Shown: positions 56,772-64,000 of the stretch, piece by piece
Layout of the letters: each line of letters starts with the position of its first letter
Position numbering within the stretch: the first letter of the stretch is position 1
Made by a program: the position numbers and the translations under genes
The notes under the pieces: generated by a model
Databases searched by the model: none
What the model was told of the DNA's origin: nothing
Seen by the model: only the letters and a program-made list of their open reading frames with translations
Source: Bacteroidales bacterium
GTDB lineage: Bacteria; Bacteroidota; Bacteroidia; Bacteroidales; JAGOPY01
NCBI GenBank assembly: GCA_046484945.1
Contig: JAWOHY010000022.1
Coordinates: forward strand, 601 to 64,600
Length of the DNA stretch: 64,000 bases
Direction of reading: 5' to 3'

Positions 56772-58076
56772 ATGGCCACATTTGATATCGTGATGCCCAA
56801 GCTGGGCGAAAGCATTATTGAGGCAACCATCACCAAATGGCTGAAGGCTGCCGGCGACCAGGTCAATGAAGATGATCCGCTGGCTGAGATCGCCACCGAC
56901 AAAGTCGATTCCGAAATACCTTCCCCGGTGGAAGGCGTTGTAAAAGAGCTTCTATATAAAGAAGGTGATACTATTCCAGTCGGAAAGGTCATTGCGGTTA
57001 TTGACCTGGGCGGAGAAGCCGCCACACCGGAAAAGAAAGAAGCGGAAGAAGCTGCGGAGCCGGCAGAAGAAGAGAAACCTGCAGAAAAAGAAGCAAAACC
57101 CGCCCCTGCTGCCCCGGCGATAGAAAGTGATGAAACTTATACCGGCGACAGGTTTTATTCCCCACTGGTAAAAAACATCGCCAAAAAGGAGAATATACCA
57201 TTGCAGGAACTGGACAAGGTTCCGGGCAGCGGAAAAGACGGCCGGCTCACGAAACAGGATCTGCTTGAATATCTGCAAAACAGGCCCTCTGAAGGAACAG
57301 CTAAGGAAAAAACAACCACGGTCAAAGCGGCCCCATCCTTTGAAGCGCCGAAAGTGACCATGGAAAGCGGCGACGAGATCTTCGAGATGGACCGCATGCG
57401 GAAACTTATCGCCGATCACATGGTGATGTCGAAGCAGGTTTCACCGCACGTTACATCATTTACAGACGTTGATGTTACGGCCATCGTCAACTGGCGGGAA
57501 AACAACAAAGATGCCTTCTTCGACCGCGAAAAGGAAAAACTCACCTATACGCCCATTTTCATAGAGGCCGCCGCGATGGTATTGAAGGAATTCCCGCGCG
57601 TGAACGCTTCCGTGGATGGAACCAATATCATCCACCGGAAAAAGATAAACATCGGCATGGCAACGGCCCTGCCCAACGGCAACCTCATCGTGCCGGTCAT
57701 CCGCAATGCTGATCAGAAGAACCTGCTGGGCATCGTGAAAGACGTGAATGACCTGGCCAACAGGGCCCGGAAGAACGGCCTGCTGCCGGACGAGATCCAG
57801 GGAGGCACCTTTACAGTGACCAACTTCGGCACGTTCGACAGCATCACTGGCACTCCCATCATCAACCAGCCGCAAGTCGCCATACTGGGCATCGGGGCCA
57901 TCCGTAAAAAACCGGTGGTCATCGAAACACCCCAGGGAGATGTAATTGGCATCCGCCACATCATGATCCTCTCGCTGGCTTACGATCATCGCGTGGTCGA
58001 CGGCGCCCTCGGCGGTATGTACCTGAAGCGAATGAAAGAACTGCTGGAAGCATGGGATCCGGGGAGGAAGGTTTAG
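56772..58076 (+). CDS. 2-oxoacid dehydrogenase E2 component (dihydrolipoamide acyltransferase)
   Basis: 434 aa. It has a lipoyl domain (EIATDKVDSEIPSP), an Ala/Pro/Glu-rich linker, a subunit-binding domain and a catalytic DHRVVDG motif. Confidence 0.93.
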   Translation: MATFDIVMPKLGESIIEATITKWLKAAGDQVNEDDPLAEIATDKVDSEIPSPVEGVVKELLYKEGDTIPVGKVIAVIDLGGEAATPEKKEAEEAAEPAEEEKPAEKEAKPAPAAPAIESDETYTGDRFYSPLVKNIAKKENIPLQELDKVPGSGKDGRLTKQDLLEYLQNRPSEGTAKEKTTTVKAAPSFEAPKVTMESGDEIFEMDRMRKLIADHMVMSKQVSPHVTSFTDVDVTAIVNWRENNKDAFFDREKEKLTYTPIFIEAAAMVLKEFPRVNASVDGTNIIHRKKINIGMATALPNGNLIVPVIRNADQKNLLGIVKDVNDLANRARKNGLLPDEIQGGTFTVTNFGTFDSITGTPIINQPQVAILGIGAIRKKPVVIETPQGDVIGIRHIMILSLAYDHRVVDGALGGMYLKRMKELLEAWDPGRKV

Positions 58077-58153
58077 GCGTTTCGTGTTTCTTGTTTCGTG
58101 TTTCTTGTTTCTTGTTCCAGGTTAATTCAAAATTCAAAATTCAACATTCAAAA
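58077..58153. repeat. Composite heptamer array, 11 in-register units
   Basis: GCGTTTC GTGTTTC TTGTTTC GTGTTTC TTGTTTC TTGTTCC AGGTTAA TTCAAAA TTCAAAA TTCAACA TTCAAAA. It starts on the base after the E2 stop and ends 8 nt before the next ATG. Confidence 0.95.
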
Positions 58154-58161
58154 TATAATCT

Positions 58162-58965
58162 ATGCAACTCGCTCTCACCCGCCCGCTCGCCGTTTTTGAC
58201 CTGGAGACTACCGGGACCAACGTGGCCACTGACCGTATCGTTGAAATATCGGTGATCAAAGTGATGCCGGACGGGTCGAAAGAAGTGCTGAACCAGCGAA
58301 TTAATCCCGGTATTCCAATACCGAAAGAAGTCACCCTGATACACGGCATTACCGATCTGGACGTGAAAGACAGCCCATCCTTCAATGATTTTGCCCCGAC
58401 GCTGAACGGTTTTCTCGAAAATGCCGATCTATCGGGGTACAACGCGATCAAATTCGATATACCACTGCTGGTGGAGGAGTTCCTTCGGGCAGGGATCGAT
58501 TTTTCCCTGATGGACCGGCACGTGGTGGATGTGCAGAACATTTTCCATAAAATGGAACCCCGGACCCTGAAAGCCGCCTATAAATTTTACTGCCACAAGA
58601 ATCTTGAAATGGCCCACTCGGCTGAAGCGGACGCCATGGCAACCTATGAGGTCCTCCTGGCCCAGCTTGATTTCTACCATGACCAGGATTATACCGATCC
58701 CGATGGTATGGTCAGTAAACCGGTGAAAAATGAGGTGAAGGCACTGAGCGATTTTTCCTATTATACACGCAATGTCGACCTTGTCGGGCATATCGTTTTC
58801 AATGAAAAACAGCAGGAAGTGCTGAACTTCGGCAAATACAAAGGCCGGCCGGTGGAGCAGGTCTTTGCCAAAGAGCCTTCTTATTATGACTGGATGATGA
58901 AAAGCCAGTTTCCCCTTTCGACAAAACGGGTGATACAGGCGATATGGAAGAGAAGCAGGAAATGA
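58162..58965 (+). CDS. DEDDh-type 3'-5' exonuclease (DnaQ/epsilon-like domain protein)
   Basis: 267 aa. The ExoI motif is AVFDLETTG. Also present are ...GYNAIKFDIPLL... and ...HSAEADAMAT (ExoIII H-x4-D). Confidence 0.85.
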   Translation: MQLALTRPLAVFDLETTGTNVATDRIVEISVIKVMPDGSKEVLNQRINPGIPIPKEVTLIHGITDLDVKDSPSFNDFAPTLNGFLENADLSGYNAIKFDIPLLVEEFLRAGIDFSLMDRHVVDVQNIFHKMEPRTLKAAYKFYCHKNLEMAHSAEADAMATYEVLLAQLDFYHDQDYTDPDGMVSKPVKNEVKALSDFSYYTRNVDLVGHIVFNEKQQEVLNFGKYKGRPVEQVFAKEPSYYDWMMKSQFPLSTKRVIQAIWKRSRK

Positions 58966-59007
58966 AATGTTGAATTTTGAATTTTGAATTTTGAATTTTG
59001 AATTTTG
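58966..59007. repeat. Heptamer array AATGTTG + AATTTTG x5 (inverted relative to 58124-58153)
   Basis: Starts on the base after the exonuclease stop and ends 6 nt before the ATG at 59014. Confidence 0.95.
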
Positions 59008-59013
59008 AATGGC

Positions 59014-60630
59014 ATGGTTGATAAATCGTTTTTTCCGGCAATGGATCAGGTTCCGGAAGATTTCCGGTTGAAGCACCGTGTGGTGCAGAAAGAATATCTT
59101 GTCAATGGCCGCCTGGTGGAATGGGGCGGGCCGATGCAGGAGGTTTATTCCCCGGTATGTATCCGGGATGAAAAGGGCCACATCTCGCCGTACCTCATCG
59201 GGGAATACCCGATGCTGACGGCGAAAGAATCGCTGGAGGCACTGGACGCGGCTGTCAGCGCTTACGATCATGGCAGGGGAACATGGCCGACGATGTCTGT
59301 TGAACAAAGGATCGCCCACCTGGAGGATTTCACCTTCCGGATGAATGAGCATCGTGATGAGGCGATCAGCCTGCTGATGTGGGAGATTGGCAAAACGTTT
59401 GCAGATGCTGCCAGGGAATTTGACAGGACTGTCGAATATATCCGCGACACGATCGAAGCCCTCAAGGAACTGGACCGGGTATCTTCCCGGTTTCAGATCC
59501 ACCAGGGCATCATAGGCCAGATCCGCCGGGCGCCGCTGGGTGTGGTGCTTTGCATGGGCCCCTTCAATTATCCGCTCAATGAAACCTTCACCACCCTGAT
59601 CCCCGCCCTGATCATGGGCAATACGGTTATCTTCAAACCTCCAAAGTACGGTGTGTTATTGCACCAGCCCCTGCTCACGGCATTTCGTGACTCCTTCCCG
59701 CCGGGTGTGATCAATACGGTTTACGGTGACGGACCGGAAGTGATCGCCCCACTGATGGAATCGGGGAAAATTGACGTGCTGGCATTTATCGGCACCAGCC
59801 GGGTGGCCGGTATCCTGAAAAAGCAGCATCCAAGCCCGCACCGCCTGCGCAGTGTTCTCGGACTGGAGGCTAAAAATCCTGCCATCGTTCTGCCCGGCGC
59901 CGATCTCGACCTGGCCGTCAACGAATGTATCCTGGGAAGCCTTTCATATAACGGACAACGATGTACTGCGCTTAAAATCATATTCGTCCATGAATCTATA
60001 GCGGAAGAATTCACCCGCAGAATGGCTGAAGGAATATCCTCTCTTAAAAAGGGCATGCCCTGGGATGAGAAAGTACAGATCACCCCTTTGCCAGAAGAAG
60101 GCAAGACAGATTACCTGACCGGACTGGTCAACGATGCTATTTCAAAGGGAGCTCATGTGATGAATGCCGGCGGCGCGGAAAGCCATCATACCTTCTTCTC
60201 CCCTGCCCTGTTGTATCCTGTCAATGAATCGATGAAGGTCTGGACAGAAGAACAATTCGGCCCTGTGGTGCCGGTAGCCCCGTTCAAAGATATCGCAGAA
60301 CCGCTGGAATATGTGACAAACTCCAACTATGGCCAGCAGATCAGTATTTTTGGCAAAGATCCGGACACGATTGCAAAACTCATCGATCCGCTCGTAAACC
60401 AGGTATGCCGCCTGAATATCAACAGCCAGTGCCAGCGCGGTCCGGACACCTTCCCATTCACCGGCAGAAAGGACTCTGCCGAAGGGACCCTTTCAGTCTC
60501 CGACGCCCTGCGAGTCTTCTCCATCCGAAGCCTCGTCGCCGCTAAAAGCACCGACCAGAACAAACAGATCATCACTGACATAGTCAGGGAAAATAAATCG
60601 AATTTCCTTTCGACGGATTTTATATTCTGA
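59014..60630 (+). CDS. NAD(P)-dependent aldehyde dehydrogenase (GapN-like non-phosphorylating type)
   Basis: About 538 aa. ALDH motifs are LGLEAKNP (catalytic Glu region), NGQRCTA (catalytic Cys) and EEQFGPV. I prefer the ATG at 59014 over the TTG at 59005. Confidence 0.88.
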   Translation: MVDKSFFPAMDQVPEDFRLKHRVVQKEYLVNGRLVEWGGPMQEVYSPVCIRDEKGHISPYLIGEYPMLTAKESLEALDAAVSAYDHGRGTWPTMSVEQRIAHLEDFTFRMNEHRDEAISLLMWEIGKTFADAAREFDRTVEYIRDTIEALKELDRVSSRFQIHQGIIGQIRRAPLGVVLCMGPFNYPLNETFTTLIPALIMGNTVIFKPPKYGVLLHQPLLTAFRDSFPPGVINTVYGDGPEVIAPLMESGKIDVLAFIGTSRVAGILKKQHPSPHRLRSVLGLEAKNPAIVLPGADLDLAVNECILGSLSYNGQRCTALKIIFVHESIAEEFTRRMAEGISSLKKGMPWDEKVQITPLPEEGKTDYLTGLVNDAISKGAHVMNAGGAESHHTFFSPALLYPVNESMKVWTEEQFGPVVPVAPFKDIAEPLEYVTNSNYGQQISIFGKDPDTIAKLIDPLVNQVCRLNINSQCQRGPDTFPFTGRKDSAEGTLSVSDALRVFSIRSLVAAKSTDQNKQIITDIVRENKSNFLSTDFIF

Positions 60631-60640
60631 TTTATTTGTT

Positions 60641-60710
60641 GTAATTAATTGTAATTCATTGTAATTCATTGTAATTTGTAGTAATTCATTGTAATTTGTA
60701 GTAATTTCAT
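60641..60710. repeat. Decamer tandem array, GTAATT[CATT/AATT/TGTA/TCAT] x7
   Basis: Seven consecutive 10-bp units, read directly. It begins 10 nt after the ALDH stop. Confidence 0.9.
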
Positions 60711-60723
60711 AGTTTTTATCGTT

Positions 60724-60786
60724 GAACCAAGAACCAAGAACCAAGAACCAAGAACCAAGAACCAAGAACCAAGAACCAAGAACCAA
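60724..60786. repeat. Perfect heptamer array GAACCAA x9
   Basis: Nine identical units (63 nt), ending 5 nt before the ATG at 60792. Confidence 0.97.
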
Positions 60787-60791
60787 TTTCA

Positions 60792-61406
60792 ATGAAAATC
60801 ATCTGCATCGGACGAAATTACGTTGACCATGCCAAAGAGCTGAATAACCCGCTTCCGGAAAATCCGGTCTTTTTCCTGAAACCAGAAACGGCATTACTTT
60901 TTGATAATCAACCCTTTCCTTATCCTGATTTTTCGGATGATGTTCATTATGAAACCGAACTGGTGCTAAAAATTAGCAAAAAGGGAAAGTCGATCCCCGA
61001 AAATCAGGCGGGTCATTATTTCGATAGTATCGGACTCGGGATCGATTTCACAGCCCGCGACATGCAGCAAAAGTGCAAGGAAAAAGGCCTCCCGTGGGAA
61101 ATCGCCAAGGGATTTGACCACTCAGCGCCTATCAGTAAAATTTTTCTGCCGAAATCATCCTTCCCTGAACTGAAAAATATTCGCTTCCACCTGCTGTTGA
61201 ATGGCAAAAAGGTACAGGAAGGAAACACACGGGACATGATCTTCTCTTTTGAAGAAATCATCGCTTACGTTTCAAAGTTTATAACCCTCCACCCCGGCGA
61301 CCTGGTCTTCACCGGAACACCCGCCGGCGTCGGGCCGGTAAAAACAGGCGACATCCTGGAGGGGTTCATCGGGGACAAACCCATGATCAGCTGCCGGGTA
61401 ACATGA
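60792..61406 (+). CDS. Fumarylacetoacetate hydrolase (FAH)-family protein (YcgM-like small form)
   Basis: 204 aa. Motifs MKIICIGRNYVDHAKE, ...FFLKP..., ...ETELV... and ...GDLVFTGTPAGVG. Confidence 0.88.
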   Translation: MKIICIGRNYVDHAKELNNPLPENPVFFLKPETALLFDNQPFPYPDFSDDVHYETELVLKISKKGKSIPENQAGHYFDSIGLGIDFTARDMQQKCKEKGLPWEIAKGFDHSAPISKIFLPKSSFPELKNIRFHLLLNGKKVQEGNTRDMIFSFEEIIAYVSKFITLHPGDLVFTGTPAGVGPVKTGDILEGFIGDKPMISCRVT

Positions 61407-63223
61407 AACCATCCCGACAGAAACGAGCTTACCTGTGGATTTTCCTGGGCCTTTCATCACTGGTTTGGATATACATTATTTTACGGGCCTGGAAAATGCA
61501 ATTCAGTATTGATGAAGCGGCTACTTTTTTCATGTATGTCCAGAATGGCCGGTTTTTGCCACCAGAAGCAACCATTGACGCCAATAACCACCTCTTCAAT
61601 TCCTTTCTCACCCGGATCAGTTATCACGTCCTTGGTTCCCACCCCTTTGCCTTGCGATTGCCAAACGTATTGGCAGCATTGGTTTATTTCTTCTTTGTTT
61701 ACCGGCTATCCCTCCTGCTTAAGACCCGAACATCGCGCTATTTATTCATTATTCTGTCTTTTGGGACACATTTCATCATCGAATTTTTTGGATACAGCCG
61801 CGGATATGGATTATCCCTTGCATTTCTGACAGGGGCTGTGTATTATTTACTGAAAGCCAGCCATGACCCGAAGCTTAATTTTATTATTAAAGCATTGATC
61901 TTTAACATCATGGCCGTTGCTTCAAACCTTAACCTGGTCTTTACCGGCCTTTCTATCCCCCTGCTCCTCTGTGTTTTCCTTCTTTACCACAAATACTCCT
62001 TTCAGCGAAAAAGTATCATCCCTGGCACACTGTTCATTGTCTTACTGAGTGTCCCTGCATTCTTTTTCCTGATCCGGCAATCGCTGCTGATCAAATCGGC
62101 ATCGGGTTTTTATTATGGATCGGATGAAGGTTTCTTTCCTGTAACGGTGGAATCGCTCAGCCTGATGATAACCGGTTTGAAAAACAGTGCATTTGCTTAT
62201 TATTCGGTCCTGCTGATATCCATTTTGGCAATTTTCATCCTCATACAATGGATCAGGAGCAAGGAACAGGTGTCAAAATACCTGATGCCATTAACATTCC
62301 TGGCTCTTCTTATAGTGAACTGGATTGGTTCGTCAGCGATCAATGCTATGCTGAATGTCAATTTCCAGGAAGACCGGGCGGCCATGCATTTGCTTCCCCT
62401 TTACGCTGGTTTTATTGTATTTTCTTATGATCATATTCAATCCGCACGGCCTTATAATTACCTGAAGATTTTGTTAATCCCCCTGTTATTGATTCCCATC
62501 CATTCATTCAGCCATATCAGCCTGCGTCATTCAGTATATGGACCGCAACAGCAAATCCCAGGCAAATTCTTCACGCATATTCATAAAAAAGCCCGGGAGA
62601 ACGCTTATCCTCCCATTGTTTCAGCTTATCAAATCAAAAGACAACCATGGGCATTTATGAATTACCGGCATGGCGGTATTTTAAATCCGCTGTATGCGAC
62701 CGATCATCAATGGAATTACGCTGATTATATCATATCAGACGGTTTGATGGATGCCGGGCTGGAAGATCAGTACCGGGCAATAATGGAGGATAATCGTACA
62801 AAAAGCATATTGTATGGCAGGAAAATCGAACCGGTAACCCGGGTTGTATATGAGATCGAAATCCCGGAAATTTACGAAGGCCAGGTCTTATATCATAAGA
62901 TCTTTGAAACAGATGCCGATACCTTTACCGGCGAGGAACTGATGATATTCATCAATATGGAAATAGAAAGCCCGGCCATGCCTTTTGAGGCGGTCATTGC
63001 AGCGGAAGTGCTTGACCGGAACCGGAACATCCTGACCTATGAAGCCATTAACCTGGATCAGTTACGCCCTTTTTGGGATGGAACCGGTGAAATAAGGCAT
63101 GTGATCGTGATAGGCGAGGTTCCCCGGGAAGCGCAAAGTCTGCTGATGTATGTATGGAATAAGCGGGAAGTGCCTTTCCGGTATAAAAATACCAAAGTGA
63201 GTGTTGTATCAGTCCGGAATTGA
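61403..63223 (+). CDS. Polytopic membrane protein, GT-C/ArnT-PMT-like N-terminal region with a ~220-aa C-terminal soluble domain
   Basis: 606 aa with about 11-12 predicted TM helices by eye. The ATGA overlap with the FAH-family gene suggests translational coupling. GC is lower than in neighbouring genes. The family call is tentative. Confidence 0.6.
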   Translation: MKPSRQKRAYLWIFLGLSSLVWIYIILRAWKMQFSIDEAATFFMYVQNGRFLPPEATIDANNHLFNSFLTRISYHVLGSHPFALRLPNVLAALVYFFFVYRLSLLLKTRTSRYLFIILSFGTHFIIEFFGYSRGYGLSLAFLTGAVYYLLKASHDPKLNFIIKALIFNIMAVASNLNLVFTGLSIPLLLCVFLLYHKYSFQRKSIIPGTLFIVLLSVPAFFFLIRQSLLIKSASGFYYGSDEGFFPVTVESLSLMITGLKNSAFAYYSVLLISILAIFILIQWIRSKEQVSKYLMPLTFLALLIVNWIGSSAINAMLNVNFQEDRAAMHLLPLYAGFIVFSYDHIQSARPYNYLKILLIPLLLIPIHSFSHISLRHSVYGPQQQIPGKFFTHIHKKARENAYPPIVSAYQIKRQPWAFMNYRHGGILNPLYATDHQWNYADYIISDGLMDAGLEDQYRAIMEDNRTKSILYGRKIEPVTRVVYEIEIPEIYEGQVLYHKIFETDADTFTGEELMIFINMEIESPAMPFEAVIAAEVLDRNRNILTYEAINLDQLRPFWDGTGEIRHVIVIGEVPREAQSLLMYVWNKREVPFRYKNTKVSVVSVRN

Positions 63224-63237
63224 TATCCGGTTATTTT

Positions 63238-63528
63238 TCACAGCAGGATCACTTCGTTGATCACCTGGCCCCCGGCCTCTTCATTCAGCTTATCAGCGAT
63301 CAGTGTGCGGGAATAGGAAAGTTCGTTCTTCAGCGCGGGGGAGTCGATCCTGACAAATAAGCGGCTATTTTTGATATAAAGATCCTTCGTATGCCGGGCG
63401 ATCATCTGGCCTACAACCTTTTCCCAGGAATGAAGGACTTTCACCTCGTTCAGTTTTCCTTCCAGGCGATAAGTCTCGATCATCTCCCGGATTACGTCGC
63501 CGATGGGCCGGTCACTTGGAATTTTCAT
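63238..63528 (-). CDS. DUF721-domain protein (DciA-like), downstream of recF
   Basis: The ATG at 63528 (MKIPSDRPIGDVIREMI...) gives 96 aa. The recF-DUF721 arrangement is conserved. It overlaps the recF stop by 17 nt. Confidence 0.75.
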   Translation of the reverse strand: MKIPSDRPIGDVIREMIETYRLEGKLNEVKVLHSWEKVVGQMIARHTKDLYIKNSRLFVRIDSPALKNELSYSRTLIADKLNEEAGGQVINEVILL

Positions 63529-64000
63529 GCAATAAAGTATTTCCGTTGGAAACCTCAAAGATACGATGATCGGTTGTTACGACTTCAAATAATTGCTCAA
63601 TCCTTCTCCGCTGCGTATCAGTGATGAATACCTGACCGAAACTGTTCTCGCTCACCAGGCTGATGATCTGGTGGACCCGTTTGTCGTCCAGTTTATCAAA
63701 AATATCATCGAAGAGCAGGATGGGCTTGAACCCCTTGATGTTGCGCGTGTATTCGAACTGAGCCAGCTTAACGGCGATGACAAACGACTTCTGCTGCCCC
63801 TGCGAGCCGAATTTCTTCAGCGGATGACCGGAGATCACCAGTTCCAGGTCATCCTTATGGATCCCCTGGGTGGTAAAGCGCAGCGCCCTGTCGCGATCCA
63901 CCGTGACTGCCAGCAACTGATCCAGCGTATTTTCGAATAACTGTGAAACATACTGCAACCTGACCTCCTCCTTACCCTGTGAAATGAATTCGTAATAATT
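63512..64000 (-). CDS. recF: DNA replication/repair protein RecF (C-terminal part; the 5' end lies beyond the window)
   Basis: SMC-like signature GSQGQQKS and Walker B ILLFDDIFDKLD. The reading frame stays open to position 64000. Confidence 0.9.
   Translation of the reverse strand, partial: NYYEFISQGKEEVRLQYVSQLFENTLDQLLAVTVDRDRALRFTTQGIHKDDLELVISGHPLKKFGSQGQQKSFVIAVKLAQFEYTRNIKGFKPILLFDDIFDKLDDKRVHQIISLVSENSFGQVFITDTQRRRIEQLFEVVTTDHRIFEVSNGNTLLHENSK

Noticed and set aside
58429-59502. 357-aa minus-strand ORF spanning the exonuclease 3' end, the heptamer array and the ALDH 5' end
   Set aside because: It crosses two well-supported plus-strand genes and translates the repeat array (QNSKFKIQNSKFNI). 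It is a shadow ORF.
60493-60792. 99-aa ORF MKLVLGSWFLVLGSWFLVLGSWF... and repeat-derived ORFs at 25543-25845 (…HSKFNIQNSKFNIQHSTFNI…) and 24178-24369 (…YVVCIMLYVVCIML…)
   Set aside because: Their peptide repeats come from translating the 7-bp DNA arrays (21-nt super-period). There is no start context and no other coding evidence.

Overview
This 64-kb window looks like a Bacteroidota chromosome segment. Evidence for the lineage: a T9SS C-terminal sorting domain, a ~288-aa primary sigma factor, recurrent TAnnTTTG -7 boxes upstream of genes, few Shine-Dalgarno sequences, and typical Bacteroidota DUF-type genes. I call about 50 protein genes and 2 tRNAs (His-GTG, Leu-TAG). I see no rRNA, CRISPR array, transposase or integrase. 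Most of the window is housekeeping: tRNA-Leu-tig-clpP-clpX, yidC, pyrG, rpoD, htrA, dapF, mltG, recR, glmM, aroE, and DUF721-recF at the right edge. It also holds a Phe/Tyr-to-fumarylacetoacetate catabolic cluster (21.7-29.1 kb), 2-oxoacid dehydrogenase E1 and E2 genes, and envelope/polysaccharide genes. The left 12 kb looks accessory. It carries a low-GC RhuM-family gene, a BNR/sortilin-like secreted protein, a low-GC 1226-aa beta-helix T9SS cargo protein next to tRNA-His, and two tandem paralogous predicted outer-membrane proteins. The most unusual signal is not a gene. At least ten intergenic spacers are filled with tandem arrays of 7-bp units (one of 10-bp units) drawn from a small shared vocabulary. 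The arrays start at or near stop codons, stay in register across word changes, and recur in both orientations. Two single genes (hppD and a DEDDh exonuclease) are bracketed by inverted copies, and the exonuclease pair is a perfect 25-bp inverted repeat. A perfect 19-bp palindrome also encloses the start codon of the phenylalanine hydroxylase gene. I did not find a convincing multi-gene novel (for example defence) system. All family assignments rest on motifs I recognise by eye, because no searches could be run.
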